Part shown: positions 34,001 through 46,665 of the stretch, piece by piece
How positions within the stretch are numbered: the first letter of the stretch is position 1
How the letters are laid out: each line of letters starts with the position of its first letter
NCBI GenBank assembly: GCA_020536535.1
Contig: JAHLWZ010000004.1
Location: 310,001 to 374,000, forward strand
Direction of reading: 5' to 3'
DNA: 64,000 bases
DNA from: Pelomyxa schiedti
Lineage: Eukaryota; Protista; Evosea
Notes under the pieces: model-generated
The model's database searches: none
The model's input: only the letters and a program-made list of their open reading frames with translations
What the model was told of the DNA's origin: nothing
Made by a program: the position numbers and the translations under genes

Positions 34001-37000
34001 TGACTGTTTGAAGGGAGATAATGATAGGCAAAAGTCCCTTCTTGAGCAGCAGGACCAAAATTGGAAAGTGAAAGTTTCTGAACTGCAAGCTCAAATATCC
34101 CAATTGAAAGTTGGCTTTATGACAGTTTGTAAATCAATAATATGTTGTCAAGGAAGAATCAGACAAGAAAGATAGTATGTTAGGGGAATGGAAAACAAAA
34201 TATTCTGCACAACAAGAACAAATGGTTCGATTGCAGGTCACGTGTATGTGAATTGGGGAGCAGTGGGGATTAACATTGCAATAGAGTGGTTTCACAGAAA
34301 AAGAGTTGCTACTTACTCAAATGGAACGGGATTTAAAGGTTAGATTGTCTGCAATGCAGCTAGAGCTCAGTAATACACGGGTCTTCATTCCCAGTGAGTT
34401 TGACAATCTCACCATCTTAGGTTCAACTTGATGAAAAAACGGCAGCTTCAAACCTTTTAGCACAGAAAGAAGCAGACTGGAAGTCACTTGAGTCTGCCCT
34501 CCAACTTCAATTACAAGAATTGGAAGTATGCAGGAGGAGTCAGAATATAATAAATTTGACCATTGCCGTAGGTATCACAAGTACAGAAAGATGCCCTTTT
34601 GAATCAAAGAAGTACTGAAATTAAGCAATTACAACAACAAACTGCCGTTCTTCAAGTATCACTATCTTATATCGTCCACAGTTTCCAATATTTCTTGTAG
34701 GCAGCCGTAGAGGGGAAAGAGGCTCGTCTTATTCAATGCGAACTTGACTGCAAAGCCCAACTTTCAGCTCTTCACGAACAACTAACATTTGCTGAGGTAA
34801 AGTTCTCACCAAGACCTACAGGCTTAACACTTTACAAGTCCAACATGGAAAAGTATAAATCTATCACCAGTCAATATGAAAATGCAAGTGAGAACCAAAT
34901 TCCATTTCTTAGAGAACAACTCACCACTTTGCAAGTGGGTGCAAGCTATCGCATTTCATTTTGGCTAACCCCATTTTAGGCAGAACTGAATAAAAAAGTG
35001 GAGTTTTTTGCCCAAAAACAAAAAGAATGGAATTTGCAGCTTAGCCTTTTGCAGGTATTTCACAAACATTCTTCTGATTGGTCACCATAAACATAGTCAC
35101 AACTTGCGGAACAATCTGCTCTAGCCTCAGCTCAGCAAAGTGAATTCAAAGAAAAAGCTCTCTCTTTGACCAACGAAAATACGCACCTGAAGGTTAATCA
35201 ACTACAGTTGAACTCCTTGACTTTTACATTCTAACCGAATTTAGGAAAAAATTAAGGCCAAGGAAGCACAATGGGACATACACATGAGAGAATTGCAAAG
35301 TAAATTAAGCATGTACGAAGTGAGTTCCCTTTTTGTCTTGAAAAAATGAGTCACTTTTTTGTAGGTTGAATTGGAAACAAAATCCAAAGCCATAGCCAGT
35401 CATCAAAAATCAGAGGAGGACACCTCACTGAAAATGGGGGAACTCTCTAGAAGTGAAGCTTCCTTGCAGAGTCAACTGGAATCCTCTCTTAATCAAACTC
35501 AAAAAGCACAGGTCTTTCCTTGCAACTTACACCATGCCTAAACTCCGTCAGAGTGAATTAGAACAGATGGTAAAAAATGTAGCTTCTCTTATTGACGAAA
35601 GATCAGGATTGAACCAACAACTTGCCCAATCGGAGGTATCTCCAAGATCTGAATTTTTTACTCTATTAATCTAACAATCCCCAGGAAAGTCGTAAAGAAA
35701 AGCAAGAGACAATTAACCAGCTGGAAAGTCAGTTGTTAGTTCTCCAATCCCAAATGGCCTCTTCTACTGTGTGTGGAATCTATTGGTATTCCTACTAACT
35801 CAACTTTAGCAAGCATGTAAACAAATGGAAGCAACACGGGCCGAACAGACAAATGGCTGGAAGTTACGTTACACTCACCTTGAGCAGCAATACAATACTC
35901 TTTTGAAACAAGTTTCCGAACTTAGGAATTCCCACAAACATGTCAGCACACTAAATACCAAGTTTATGTTAAAGAATGTCCTTCTAGTCCTTTAATGTCG
36001 ACTTTGTACGAGAGTCCGAGACATCCATCCAGTCAACCACACATACTGATTCCCAGGTGAGCTATCTTGTATAATCTTCCCGCCTGACAGCTACAGATCG
36101 ACAGCCCTAGTACAGACAATGACATCCAGTGGAGGGAATGTGCAGAACAAAGAAAGTTGGACCTGGAAAGAATACAAGTGAGACACCTATATTTCAATTT
36201 TAGTGTAAGAGAAAAAGTTAGAAAATGAGAGGTGTCTCTCGCAGCTGCAAGCAGTTAGTAAAAGTAATGAGGAGTTGTCTCAACAAATCGCTACTAAAAA
36301 GGACTCCGATGTATTGGTAATGTAACCCAATGGTTACCTTCCCTAGTAACTCAGCCCAGGCAATTTCACTTTTAGAAACTGAGTACAAAAGTAAACTGGA
36401 TAGGGTGAATGATAATTTATTACGAACCCAGGTATCCCCTTTTGGTTTTTCCACTATCTTATTGATACAGCATGCGTTGGAAGAAAAGAGTACTTCTTTG
36501 CTGGCTTCTTCACATCGCCTTGAAGAAATGCAAAACAAACTATCACAAACAGAGGTGTGATTTTTCCCCCCAAAAGGAAAATTGATTCCCACTCCAGAGA
36601 ACTGTTCAAACTTTGACAGATGCGAATGAAGCTCTCATCCACAAAAGTTCCCAAAGGGAACTTGAATTGAAAGAAGAAATTTCGACCCTAAAAGAAACCC
36701 TTCAACAGATGCAGGTCTGGGTTATAACCCCAGTGTACCAATATTCATCTTCACAGTTAAGACAGTCCAGTGAATCTTCCACTGAACATGGAAATGGGTT
36801 ACTGCAACCAAATAACCAAAACCACGAACAACTACTTGTAACTATCGTTTTCATCCAATGGAACACTGAAATCTTTAGGCAGAGCAAAAACAATGTATGG
36901 ATAGATTGTCCCAAATTATACAGTCCATTCTTGGTTCTTTGAGCACTCTTAACTCCTTGGAGGTTGTTAGTTTTTTTTTCCCCCCAAACTGTCTTATTCA

Positions 37001-39456
37001 CTGATAGATTGGTAGTACGGATTCCTCTGAGGGTACAATAGGAATACAGCAAAAACTTCCTCTCACCTCTTTAAGTGATCAACTAAGCCAAGCCCATGTC
37101 TAATGCCCTCTTCACACACCTTTGTAATTTTTCAACAGGCAGATTTACAGACTTATACAAACAAACTGGCTGCATGGTCTGTGTGCAATACAGGTCTACC
37201 ACAATTGTCAGTAAGCCAAACACATTTGAAGCAAAGTGTCCTTACCCAATTTCAGGGTGACAGTTATACCGGGTCTTTATCAAGCAAATCGAATCAAAGC
37301 TTCCCACCTAATTCTATACAGGTTTCAATTTTGGGTGCAACAAAACCCTCAATAACATCATCCTCAGCCTTTTACTGGAAGCAAGGCAAACAGTGAAGCA
37401 ATTAGTGCTTTCACGCAGCAACTGCACTCCCTACTTGAAAACTTCTCTCGAATGAAAGCACAGGTTGAAGTAATCCGAATACCAAAAAAAAAATCACTCT
37501 CTCTAGCTTGAAAATCAGACCAACTCGGATCTCAGCTTAACAAAACGAAATGAACAACTGTGGGAACAAATTGCCTCTCTGTGGGATGCTCTACTAAAGC
37601 TTCAGGTTTGAGTTCTAAGGCTTTTTTTTTTTTTTTGGGTGATTTTTAAAGTTCCGGAGCCAACAAATTTTTGGGCAACTTTCCAGTTCACTTGGTGAAA
37701 AATCGAACACAGTTCAGGTTCTTTCTCAATTACATGACACCTTTTCATTTCACCAACTTAGGCCGAGGATGAACTCAACACCCCTAATCCACCATTAGAA
37801 GCCAAAATATCCAAGTTAGAGGCCACTCTAAATCAAGTGCAGGTTTTCCATTTCTTTCATATACTTTTTTTCATTTTCCCAGGGTGAGAAGGAAGTCATC
37901 ACCATGAATCTCGCAAAGGCAGCAGCTAGAGAAAATGAACTTCAGACACAACAGCAGATTAACTTGGAAACATTACATAAATATCAGGTTTGTGTGAACG
38001 CTACAGTTCAGTGAATGATTTAGCTCCACAGCTTGACAAAGAACAACTCTCAGCTAGGCTTGTCTCTGGTCAGAACCGAGAAAAGGAATTGCAAAACAAA
38101 GTGGCAACATTAGAGGTGCCTAGAACAGTTGGGGTAAGTCTCACGCCACTTAGGCACGTATAAGTACCGCGGATGTATCTCCTCCAGAACTAGCAAACGT
38201 CAAGGCACAACTTTTGGCAACACAAGTTGGTTCAATTCTACAGCATAGCACTCACCTCCAACAGAGTGAAAATAAGCAACAAGCGGAAGCGCTTCAAATG
38301 CTGAACAAGTCGCAAACAGGCCTCAACAAACAGTTATCCACCATACAAACCAAATTATCCCTTTCTCAGGTTCCACTGTCTTAGCAACAACTCCAAGTAA
38401 AAATTTGTAAAGGCATCATTGAAGCAGCAGACCTCTCGTATCAGGGATCTCAACAGTGTTGTGGAAGATCTTCGAGCACAACTGGCTGCAGCAACAGTAC
38501 GTTTCACAAATTGTCCCGTTTATCATCTCTACAGAGTGAAGTGGAGAGGCAAAGGGCTACCGCTTCCACTTTTATGAAAAAAGAGGCAGATTGTCAACTG
38601 AAACTCAATCATCTCCAAGAGCAGCTGAATTTTGCCAATGTAACAATACAAATAAAGAATCTTCAATCTCAATCAGCTGCCAGAAACAAGTTTCCTTAGG
38701 GCAACAGTCATTCTTCCAAACAGAATCAAAACTACAAACCAAAATTTCCAACCTGGAAGCGGAGCTTTCTCATTTGATGTTTGAAATTCAGGTCTGCTTC
38801 TTTTCTAAACGTGCAAAGAATTAATTTGGATTCTCCTCAATGTAAGCACCTAAGGCAAGCTCTACAGTTCCAACCTGCAAGTGTCCCGTCTCCTCCTGTA
38901 CTTTCTCCTGCTCCAGTAAATACAAAACCTGTTAGCAGAGCCCCGCCAAGAAAATCCCGATACCTTGAAGTTCCGTGTGTCCCAGCCTCCAAATTGCTAA
39001 AGGAATTTACAGTTTCATAGGGCCACCCCAGTGCACCACAGATCACCTTCCCCACCCCGAACCACCCCATCACCACACCCCAAAACAACCCTAAAGGCCA
39101 GAACTTGTTCTACATCCCCCACTTCCAGACAACGAAGTGAATTTCTTATACCACAGTCGAAGTTACCATACCGCCTTGAATCCTTCAAGGCGTCCTCATT
39201 TGACCCCCGTAACAAGAAGCTGAAGAAAGTATTCCAGGCACTTCTAGAGCAATTCCAAGGAACAGAAGAGAACAGTGTTTCTATTGATGCACAAACTATC
39301 AAATCCGTGATGCAGGAGCAAGGGTATGATTTGAGCACGCAACAAGCAAGGCACTTACTCATTCAAATGGATCCCACACAGACTGGGGTATTGCTTTTAT
39401 TTGCCCTTCTCACTGAATTAATATTATACAAAGATTTTTTGGGAGCCATTCCATGA
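31031..39456 (+). CDS. Giant actin-binding protein: tandem calponin-homology domains, very long coiled coil, C-terminal EF-hand-like pair (interaptin/alpha-actinin superfamily-like)
   Basis: 'WVMTQKKVFTKWMNAHV', 'LIDHDLKMILGLVWLLIQQY', 'NFTTSWADGLAFIGLIYKFRP'; about 40 short phase-0 heptad exons; 'IKSVMQEQGYDLSTQQARHLLIQMDPTQTG'. Confidence 0.88.
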
Positions 39457-39637
39457 TACTCTTGCAGACTATATCACGTCACACAAGCCAAATTACTTCC
39501 CAAAGTTGACCACAAAACCGGGTTATATGAGCTAAGTGAGGTTGTGTTTGTAATCGGTTCTGTATGAATCATGTACAACTGAGTGTAAACAAGAATTTAA
39601 TCACAGTTTCCTTTTTTTTTCGAAAAAAAAACAAAAT

Positions 39638-41428
39638 TCAGTGCCATAAGGTTAAAACGACAAAAGTTGTGCAGCAAACACAAACACCCAGAGCAATGGG
39701 AATGATAATCCACAGTAGCAAATGGGGAAGAGTTGAACCCCTGGCAGCACTATGCACAAGAGGGTGATCAATTTGTTGATGTTGTTGTGAGCCTGTTGTT
39801 GTGGATGGGTGTGTTGATAAGGACTCAAATTTGTCCTCTGTGAAAAAAGCCTTTTCCGCAAACATTTCCTCAAATTGGTGATGTGGTATTGCACACTTTC
39901 TGTGCCTCATTGATGAGTCCACATAACGGTGGGGGCTAGAAGAACCCCCTTGTTTTTCCTGCTGTTGTTGGTTGCTTGATTCTGTGTTTGTGTCGCTCAA
40001 GGGGCTTTGATTCTCACTATTTGTTGTTGATTCCTTTGTTGTGGATTTTGTGCTTTGTGTGGATGATGTAGTTGATGTGTGGATTCGTGAGTGGCAGCTG
40101 TTATGCTGTGATTCAGATGGAAGAACTTCTTTGTGGTCCTGACATAGCAGCACAGGCCTGGATTTGGGCTGGTACGCACATAAGGGAGTGGGTGAACTGC
40201 CGGTGGTTGAGGAGTAACTGCTGGATGATGTGTAGACTGTGGACTTGGGTGCTTTAGATTTTGCCTTTCTGCTTGTGCTGGTTGTTTTTTTGCTTGTTTG
40301 AGTCAGCTGGAAGATATTTGCCGGTAGCTCCACAACCCATTTTTCGCCTTGTTGCGGAATTGTAGGGGTTGTTGTGTGTGTGACACCAGTTTGGATGGTG
40401 GCAGAATTTGATGCATCGGCCGCACAGGGTGAGGGTTCAAAATTTGTGCAAGGCAACGACGATGGGAGTGGGTACGGTTGTGAGTGTGAGTGTGAATGCG
40501 GAGGTGAGGATGGAGAACAGACCTGGTACTCGGCCTCGTCAGAGAGAAGTTTTTCAGCTGCCTCCTCCAGTGGTGGTGTTTCCGTGATTGTCGGTGATAT
40601 CTCGCCAGAATGTCCCGCAGACAAGGACGAGGACACGCGCTCATCTGCCGAAGAATCGGATTCCCCAGTGTGAGAACCCAGAGACTGTGACGAAGACGAT
40701 GACGCCAAAGAGCCCTCGGAAGCCTCACTGTGCTCACCCGATTCCGCGCCATCCTCGCCATTCGGCTCACTGTCCCCAGACCCATAATTCTCCCTCCCTC
40801 CCTCCAGTTCCTCGCTGCCCTGGTCCTGGTGATGATCGTGGAAGGAGCTAGCACCCGGACGGTGACGCGATGGAGGAGAGGAAGAAGGCGAGGGAGAAGG
40901 AGAAGGCGCAGGGGAAGGGGCCGGGGCCGGGGCCGCGGCGCGGAGCCAGGCCTCCACGGCCCCCTCCACCTCCCCGCGCTCCCAGTCGCCAATCACGCCG
41001 TCCCGCACCCCCGCCCCGCACACCCACCTGGTCAGCATCCCCAGCTTCAGCCCGTACTCCCCCCCTCCCTCTCCCCCGCATTCTCCTTCCCCGTCTGCTT
41101 CTGCTTCCCACTCGCCCTCCCCCTCCCCTTCCCCTTCCCCTTGCACGCGTCGGTGCGGGGACAGCGCGGGGGAGTTCATGTGGGCGCTGACGAACTGGGC
41201 CAGGGTCCCGTGCACCAGCCACTGCTGGCACAGGGCCTGCCTCAGCTCCGCGGTGGTCCTGGGGCTGGGGTCAGTCCTGGCCCCCGTGCGCTCCCTGCCT
41301 GCACTCGTGCTTGCCGTGCGCATCCGCGTGGCCGACGCCGCTGTGGCACAATTATGGGTGCTGCTCATCCCTCTTGCCCTGCTGCTTGGTGTGTCCTTGG
41401 CGCCACGACGCGGGCCGTGGTCAGTCAT
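39638..41428 (-). CDS. Hypothetical low-complexity protein with a C-terminal TM helix (tail-anchored candidate)
   Basis: Single uninterrupted ORF; (GE)n, (PA/PS)n and Ser/Thr tracts; ends 'LLLWIIIPIALGVCVCCTTFVVLTLWH'. Confidence 0.65.
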   Translation of the reverse strand: MTDHGPRRGAKDTPSSRARGMSSTHNCATAASATRMRTASTSAGRERTGARTDPSPRTTAELRQALCQQWLVHGTLAQFVSAHMNSPALSPHRRVQGEGEGEGEGEWEAEADGEGECGGEGGGEYGLKLGMLTRWVCGAGVRDGVIGDWERGEVEGAVEAWLRAAAPAPAPSPAPSPSPSPSSSPPSRHRPGASSFHDHHQDQGSEELEGGRENYGSGDSEPNGEDGAESGEHSEASEGSLASSSSSQSLGSHTGESDSSADERVSSSLSAGHSGEISPTITETPPLEEAAEKLLSDEAEYQVCSPSSPPHSHSHSQPYPLPSSLPCTNFEPSPCAADASNSATIQTGVTHTTTPTIPQQGEKWVVELPANIFQLTQTSKKTTSTSRKAKSKAPKSTVYTSSSSYSSTTGSSPTPLCAYQPKSRPVLLCQDHKEVLPSESQHNSCHSRIHTSTTSSTQSTKSTTKESTTNSENQSPLSDTNTESSNQQQQEKQGGSSSPHRYVDSSMRHRKCAIPHHQFEEMFAEKAFFTEDKFESLSTHPSTTTGSQQHQQIDHPLVHSAARGSTLPHLLLWIIIPIALGVCVCCTTFVVLTLWH

Positions 41429-41548
41429 GGTTCGTTTTCGTCGGTGTTGTTGTTCGCGCGAACGGGTACCAAAAAGAAGGTGAAATTCAGCAGTTTTGTT
41501 GATGTTCATGGAGTGGTGGGTGAATTGTTTGAGTGGGAACAAGATGCA

Positions 41549-43861
41549 TTATGGACTATGTAGCATATTGGCTTGGTGGAGGTGCCTGATGCGGAGAACT
41601 CCCGGCTGTTGGACAAAGGGTTCTCCATCAACTTGGCAGGGAAGGGGCCCCTCCTTGATAAATGTTATCTTCAACTCACGGCCTTGCATGAGTTTGGGTG
41701 GTAGAATAATTCCAGCAGAGACTTGTCCCTGTTGGGAACGTTAGAGAACTCACTCAAAGGGGAGCGAAGGGAAGAAAAAACAGTTAACAAATAACAACCA
41801 GCTCAAAAGCACTTTTAAGTGTAAGCAACTCAAACAGGTGGTCGTCATAGGTAATTGGAGCAAGGCCACGGGCAACCTAATAGAAATTAAAATTAGTGGT
41901 AATACGTAACAAGATACCTCAGCAGCGGTAGGAGTTCCCCACAGGTTTTTACCACCATAACAGCTAGGAAGATTAAGCATTATTAAGCCAACGTTCAATG
42001 GCACTGTAGCTGCGTGACCATCCACCTCCACTGTGAAAAAGGTGTTCAAGTCTTCTATAGACTCAAACAGTGCACTGGCACCAAGTTTGACATACCTGAA
42101 ACGTGTCAGAATAAAACTTACTGGTTGAAATAACTTACACAAATTTGTTTCCAACTCTACTCTTGAAGGCATCAGGGTTGGCCTCACGTTTTGTATGGAA
42201 CTCATAGGCAATGGCAGCGTCCAGTCCTAGAGAAGTTAGAAGAAAACCAAAAAACTGTAGAAATGTACCTATAGAGAAGTAGTTATTGATTACGTGAGTG
42301 GTAGAGAAGGCCCCAACTTCACCAGTTGCAAAATTGATTGGGGCATACTCCAAGGTCCACCTGGATGGTGGTAAATCTGGGTTTTTGTTTATTTAGTGGT
42401 TGTAACCTATCCAGAAGTACTGTTGTAGATTTGGCAACACGTAGCAGTATGTCACTTAACTCCTCACCAGTGTAGCCACCACCCCAGCCAAGAGAACGAG
42501 CTAAATCATTACCTTCAAGGAGTGTGAGGAGTGAATTTTTTGGGGAAATGAATTACCTGTGCCAAGAGGCAAGATTGCAACCCCCTGTAAGAGATGAGCT
42601 CAGAACTAAAAATTTTAATTTTACCTCAGGGTTGACACCCCTCTTACGGATTGATTCCAGAACCCACCCAATAGTCCCATCACCTCCACACGCAAGAACA
42701 CGGAATCGAGGGTTTGCAGACATGAAATCCAATCTTTTTCCCACTTAGGTACAGTGGTAAAATTTGAAACGGTCCTCACCCTGGGTCTGGTCCACCTTTT
42801 CCCAAGTCAAATACTTGGCGGGGATTTAATAGACGGCTGTTGCAGGTAAGTTTGAGCTTGTAGTTTGAGGGGATACTAAAAAACAGCAAGAACTCCTGCT
42901 CCCTGTTGCCCTCCACTCTTCTTGTTAACAAAAACAAGAAGTGGACTTGTAGTTGGGGATGGTATCAACTGGATTGGGAAGAAGGTCAATAAAGAGAAGC
43001 GAAGTTAAAGAATGATACAGTGGCTTCACCATGATTCAATGTCAGTTGATTAGGTGCAAGAAGTAATGACTTAAATGGTCCAAGATCACATTCAGGTGCC
43101 CGGTCAAGACAGGCACTATGGCACTTGAAGAAAAGGAAAAGTCAAGAGTGATTAAAGGAGCAACAATGTTAAACCGGTTGCAGACAGGTAGCACATCGGA
43201 AATCAACTAGAGAAGATAGGGATCCGCATGTCTTGTGGCAAACAACGCAGTCATAGCCCTACAAACTATAAACCAAGAATTATGTCATTTTTTGGACAAT
43301 CATACTCCTTCCTTATTGACATGAAGATTCCCTTCAACCCAGTGGTGTTGAATCTGAAATAAAAAGGGGGTAAGGTTCTCTATTTTTAGAACCTAGTGAG
43401 GAACATACGGGTCCAGGAGGTTGTGTGGTTGCAACACATGAACAACTTACGAAGTTGAGACATTTTTCATGTGAGACATATCGGCAGCCTTTGGGTACAG
43501 TCATTGTGGGTGCGGAAGTAAAAAAGAAACGCATACGCAAGCAAATAAAGGCTTGTTTCCCGAGACCATAAAGAAAGTCTCTGCAGTAGTTGCAAAAAGA
43601 AAATTTTTTGAAGTGGTGCTTGTAGAACAAATGGCACCCTTCCACCTGTCCATTATCAGTACAAATTTTAACAGTTGAGATGTTTTGGTTTGGTGGTGTT
43701 TTTTTGATAGTAAATAGAAATAAGAAATAAGAGGGGCACAACGCACAAATGGGTGCTCCACAGTTTCAAACTTCGACTCTGCTTTAAATATGACAGGGGT
43801 CTAAGATCCAATGTAAAAGAAACCAAAAATACGGGGAAAAAACCGGTGGCGTTGCGGCCAT
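41549..43861 (-). CDS. DGK: Diacylglycerol kinase (C1-C1-DAGKc-DAGKa)
   Basis: C1 '[31 protein letters not shown]'; catalytic '[15 protein letters not shown]'; '[14 protein letters not shown]'; '[22 protein letters not shown]'; '[10 protein letters not shown]'. Confidence 0.92.
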
Positions 43862-44095
43862 TCTATCGTCGTGTTATGGGAAAACAAAAGGTAAGATGGT
43901 CCGAGCTGCAACAGGACAACCTGTGGATCCCTCCCTATCTATGTTCCTCAGGCCTCAGTCTCAGTCCATGGGATATCCGTCGTGACTCCAGAACTTTTCA
44001 GGGCTCTGAGAAACTCGCCACAACTTGAGAGAACTCGGCGGAAGAAAAGGAGGAGATTTGATTTCAATTCAATTGAAGACCATTATCGCCCCAAA

Positions 44096-46542
44096 ATGAG
44101 CAACAGTGATCTGCCGGCCGATGTACTGGAAGCGGTGAACAACTTGGTCGGCGACAGGGACATGGACGTGTCTTTCCTGCCAGCATTATGGGATATGGCG
44201 TGCCACGACAAAGCCACGCTTTTGAATTTTGTTGTATGTTTTTTTTTGTTTGTCGTCTCTTTGGGTTGGTGCATTTTCCACCGTATTTATCGCTCACAAC
44301 AACAGAGGCAACAACTCCCCGACGACAACGAGGCGACTACTAGCCCTCCCGAGATTCCTCCCACAATCACGCCGCCGACACCCGCCGCTCCACAATATCC
44401 TACCTCCCTCGGTGGCTCTGTCGTTTCGAACTCCGCGTTTTCCGGAGTCAGGTCCCCGATGCGTTCCTTCAATCAACAAACAGCCAGGGTCGCCACGCCG
44501 ACGAAAAGCAGCAGCCCAACTGTTGCGTGCTCTACTTTCACCGAACCTCCGCCGAAATCTCTGGAACAGCAGATTGATGAACTGGGGGAGCACATACTGA
44601 AGAATCACGTGACTGGGGAGCTGGGTGATTTCGATTCTCGACTGGACAAAGTTCTCATTGGCCCGAAAGTTACCGCTTCAACTACCCAGACCGTGAAGAT
44701 AAACACGCTTGGAAACAGTCATATGTCTTTGCTTGGATTTGCAGTGATCAGGAGTGATGAGATTCTCATAGAACGCCTGGTGAAAAGGGGTGCCAAAGTC
44801 GATTCCAATGTGCTAAACTTCCCCCTTATTTTCCTTCCAATCAAATTTGGTAAGTCCTGTCCTCATTCTTTTCTTACCGACTTATCATTCACGCAGCCGG
44901 GAATACACAAATTCAGGAATACACTTTCTCATGTATGTGCTTAACAGCAAAGCAGAGAGAAAAGATTGTGGTTAGGTCAAGGATAAATGCACCTTTGATG
45001 CTGAGGTATACCGAATTGCTAATTTCCCGCCTGGGTAACCAAATATCAGGCTATTACTGAGATTGGGAGCTTCCCCTGAAGTTGTGGATGAAGAGAATGT
45101 ACCCGTAATGCATCGCGTAAAGGATTCCTTCCAAATGTGCTATTGGGTGCAGCGTTCTCTCGATAAACAAATGTGGTTAAAATTACACTCCAACTCTTGT
45201 TACTGATACAAACCAGTCACTCCCCAAAAATGACCAAGTACTATGTTGAGGCACGTGCTCCTGAACTTGGTAGTATATTCTTCTCGCTCGTTGGGCAGCA
45301 GATTGCTGTTGACTTTTTGGAGAAGAAAATTATGTACAAGCTTGTTACAAACCCTCGTTGGATACGGAAGCCACTGGTTGCATTCTTAGCTGGCCCACCT
45401 GGAGCGGGCAAGAGTCAATTGGCAGAAGATGTTGCAAAAGCTGTTTCACCAGGTCATTGGTTTAAAGACGTGTTCTCAAGTGTTGATGGGGGCATGGTTC
45501 ACTCTCACTTGTTTGGTGCCGAGAGAGGATATATTGGAAGTGACAGTGCGCCACCTCTTGCAAAGTTCATACGGGAACACAATGGACAGAGAGCAGTGGT
45601 TGTTTTGGAAGAATTTGAGAAGCTAGATACTGAGGCCTTGAGAGCTCTGCTGGTACCATTTGAAACTGGAGAGTGGCCAGTGCACTCTACAGGAGGACGG
45701 AGTGGTGAGGAAGGCTCACATATGGATGTATCCAAATTCGTGTTCCTATTGACCTCGAATTTGAGGAATTCTGATATCATTGACTGGTGCGCGAGATCAG
45801 ATGTTCTACGAGTACGATTTACGCAGTAACTTTCTGTCATTGACAGCTCTAATAGTTGTACAATGATGCCATTGAGCTTGAAGAAAGACAGAGAATGATG
45901 AAGAAGGTTGCTTCGAGTGTCTTCGATATTATCAGTGAGCATTACAAGCGGACGTCAGTCAAAGAATTCACTCGCAGAATTGATATTGTACTCCACACTC
46001 TCTCAATTTCTCAACTTACTAGAAGTGCAGGTTGTCCCATTTCTGACACTAAGTGACACAGAGAAAGTAGTATTAGTGGAGCATTTGCAAACGTTGCGAG
46101 CAGCCAGGTAATCCAATTAAAAACAAAAAAGATGCACTCAACCAAAACAACAGATTCCTGGAGGAACCAAGGGGTGATCAACTTTGGGGAGATGTAGAGA
46201 TAAACTACACCCCACAATTTACGCAGTGGGTCATCAACAAATATGATCAACTGGATGGTGCAAGCTCATTCCTCAGAGTTTTAGATGACTCCATGTCCGA
46301 TGTACCTCCCGTTACATCCCAAAACAAAACTTAGATAGCGATTCCCGCGAAATCACTCAAAAAACACCCAGGTATTTGACCAGATACGCTCATCCCAAGT
46401 ACCTCCTCCACAAGTGTGGTTGCATACAGTGGATGGTGTACAGTGCTGCTACAAACACCCGCCTCCTCCTGATGACCCTCCCCCATCTGAATGTACTACT
46501 CAGTCATCATCTCCACATGATACTGATAATACTAATTCATAG
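44096..46542 (+). CDS. Ankyrin-repeat plus single ClpB-type AAA+ ATPase (Skd3/CLPB-like architecture)
   Basis: Ankyrin-like 'LLGFAVIRSDEILIERLVKRGAKVD'; Walker A GPPGAGKS; 'LFGAERGYIGSD'; Walker B variant VVVLEEFEK; 'FVFLLTSN'; 'KEFTRRID'; 'KYDQLDGA'. Confidence 0.8.
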
Positions 46543-46665
46543 CGGACTACCCCTATATAGCTTCACACCTCTCTTTTGAAAAAACCCAATCCACTTTGCA
46601 AAGAGCAAAGTGCCAAACACAAAGGAAAAGAGAAGAAAAATTTTGTTTTTTTGGCAACTTGTGTG

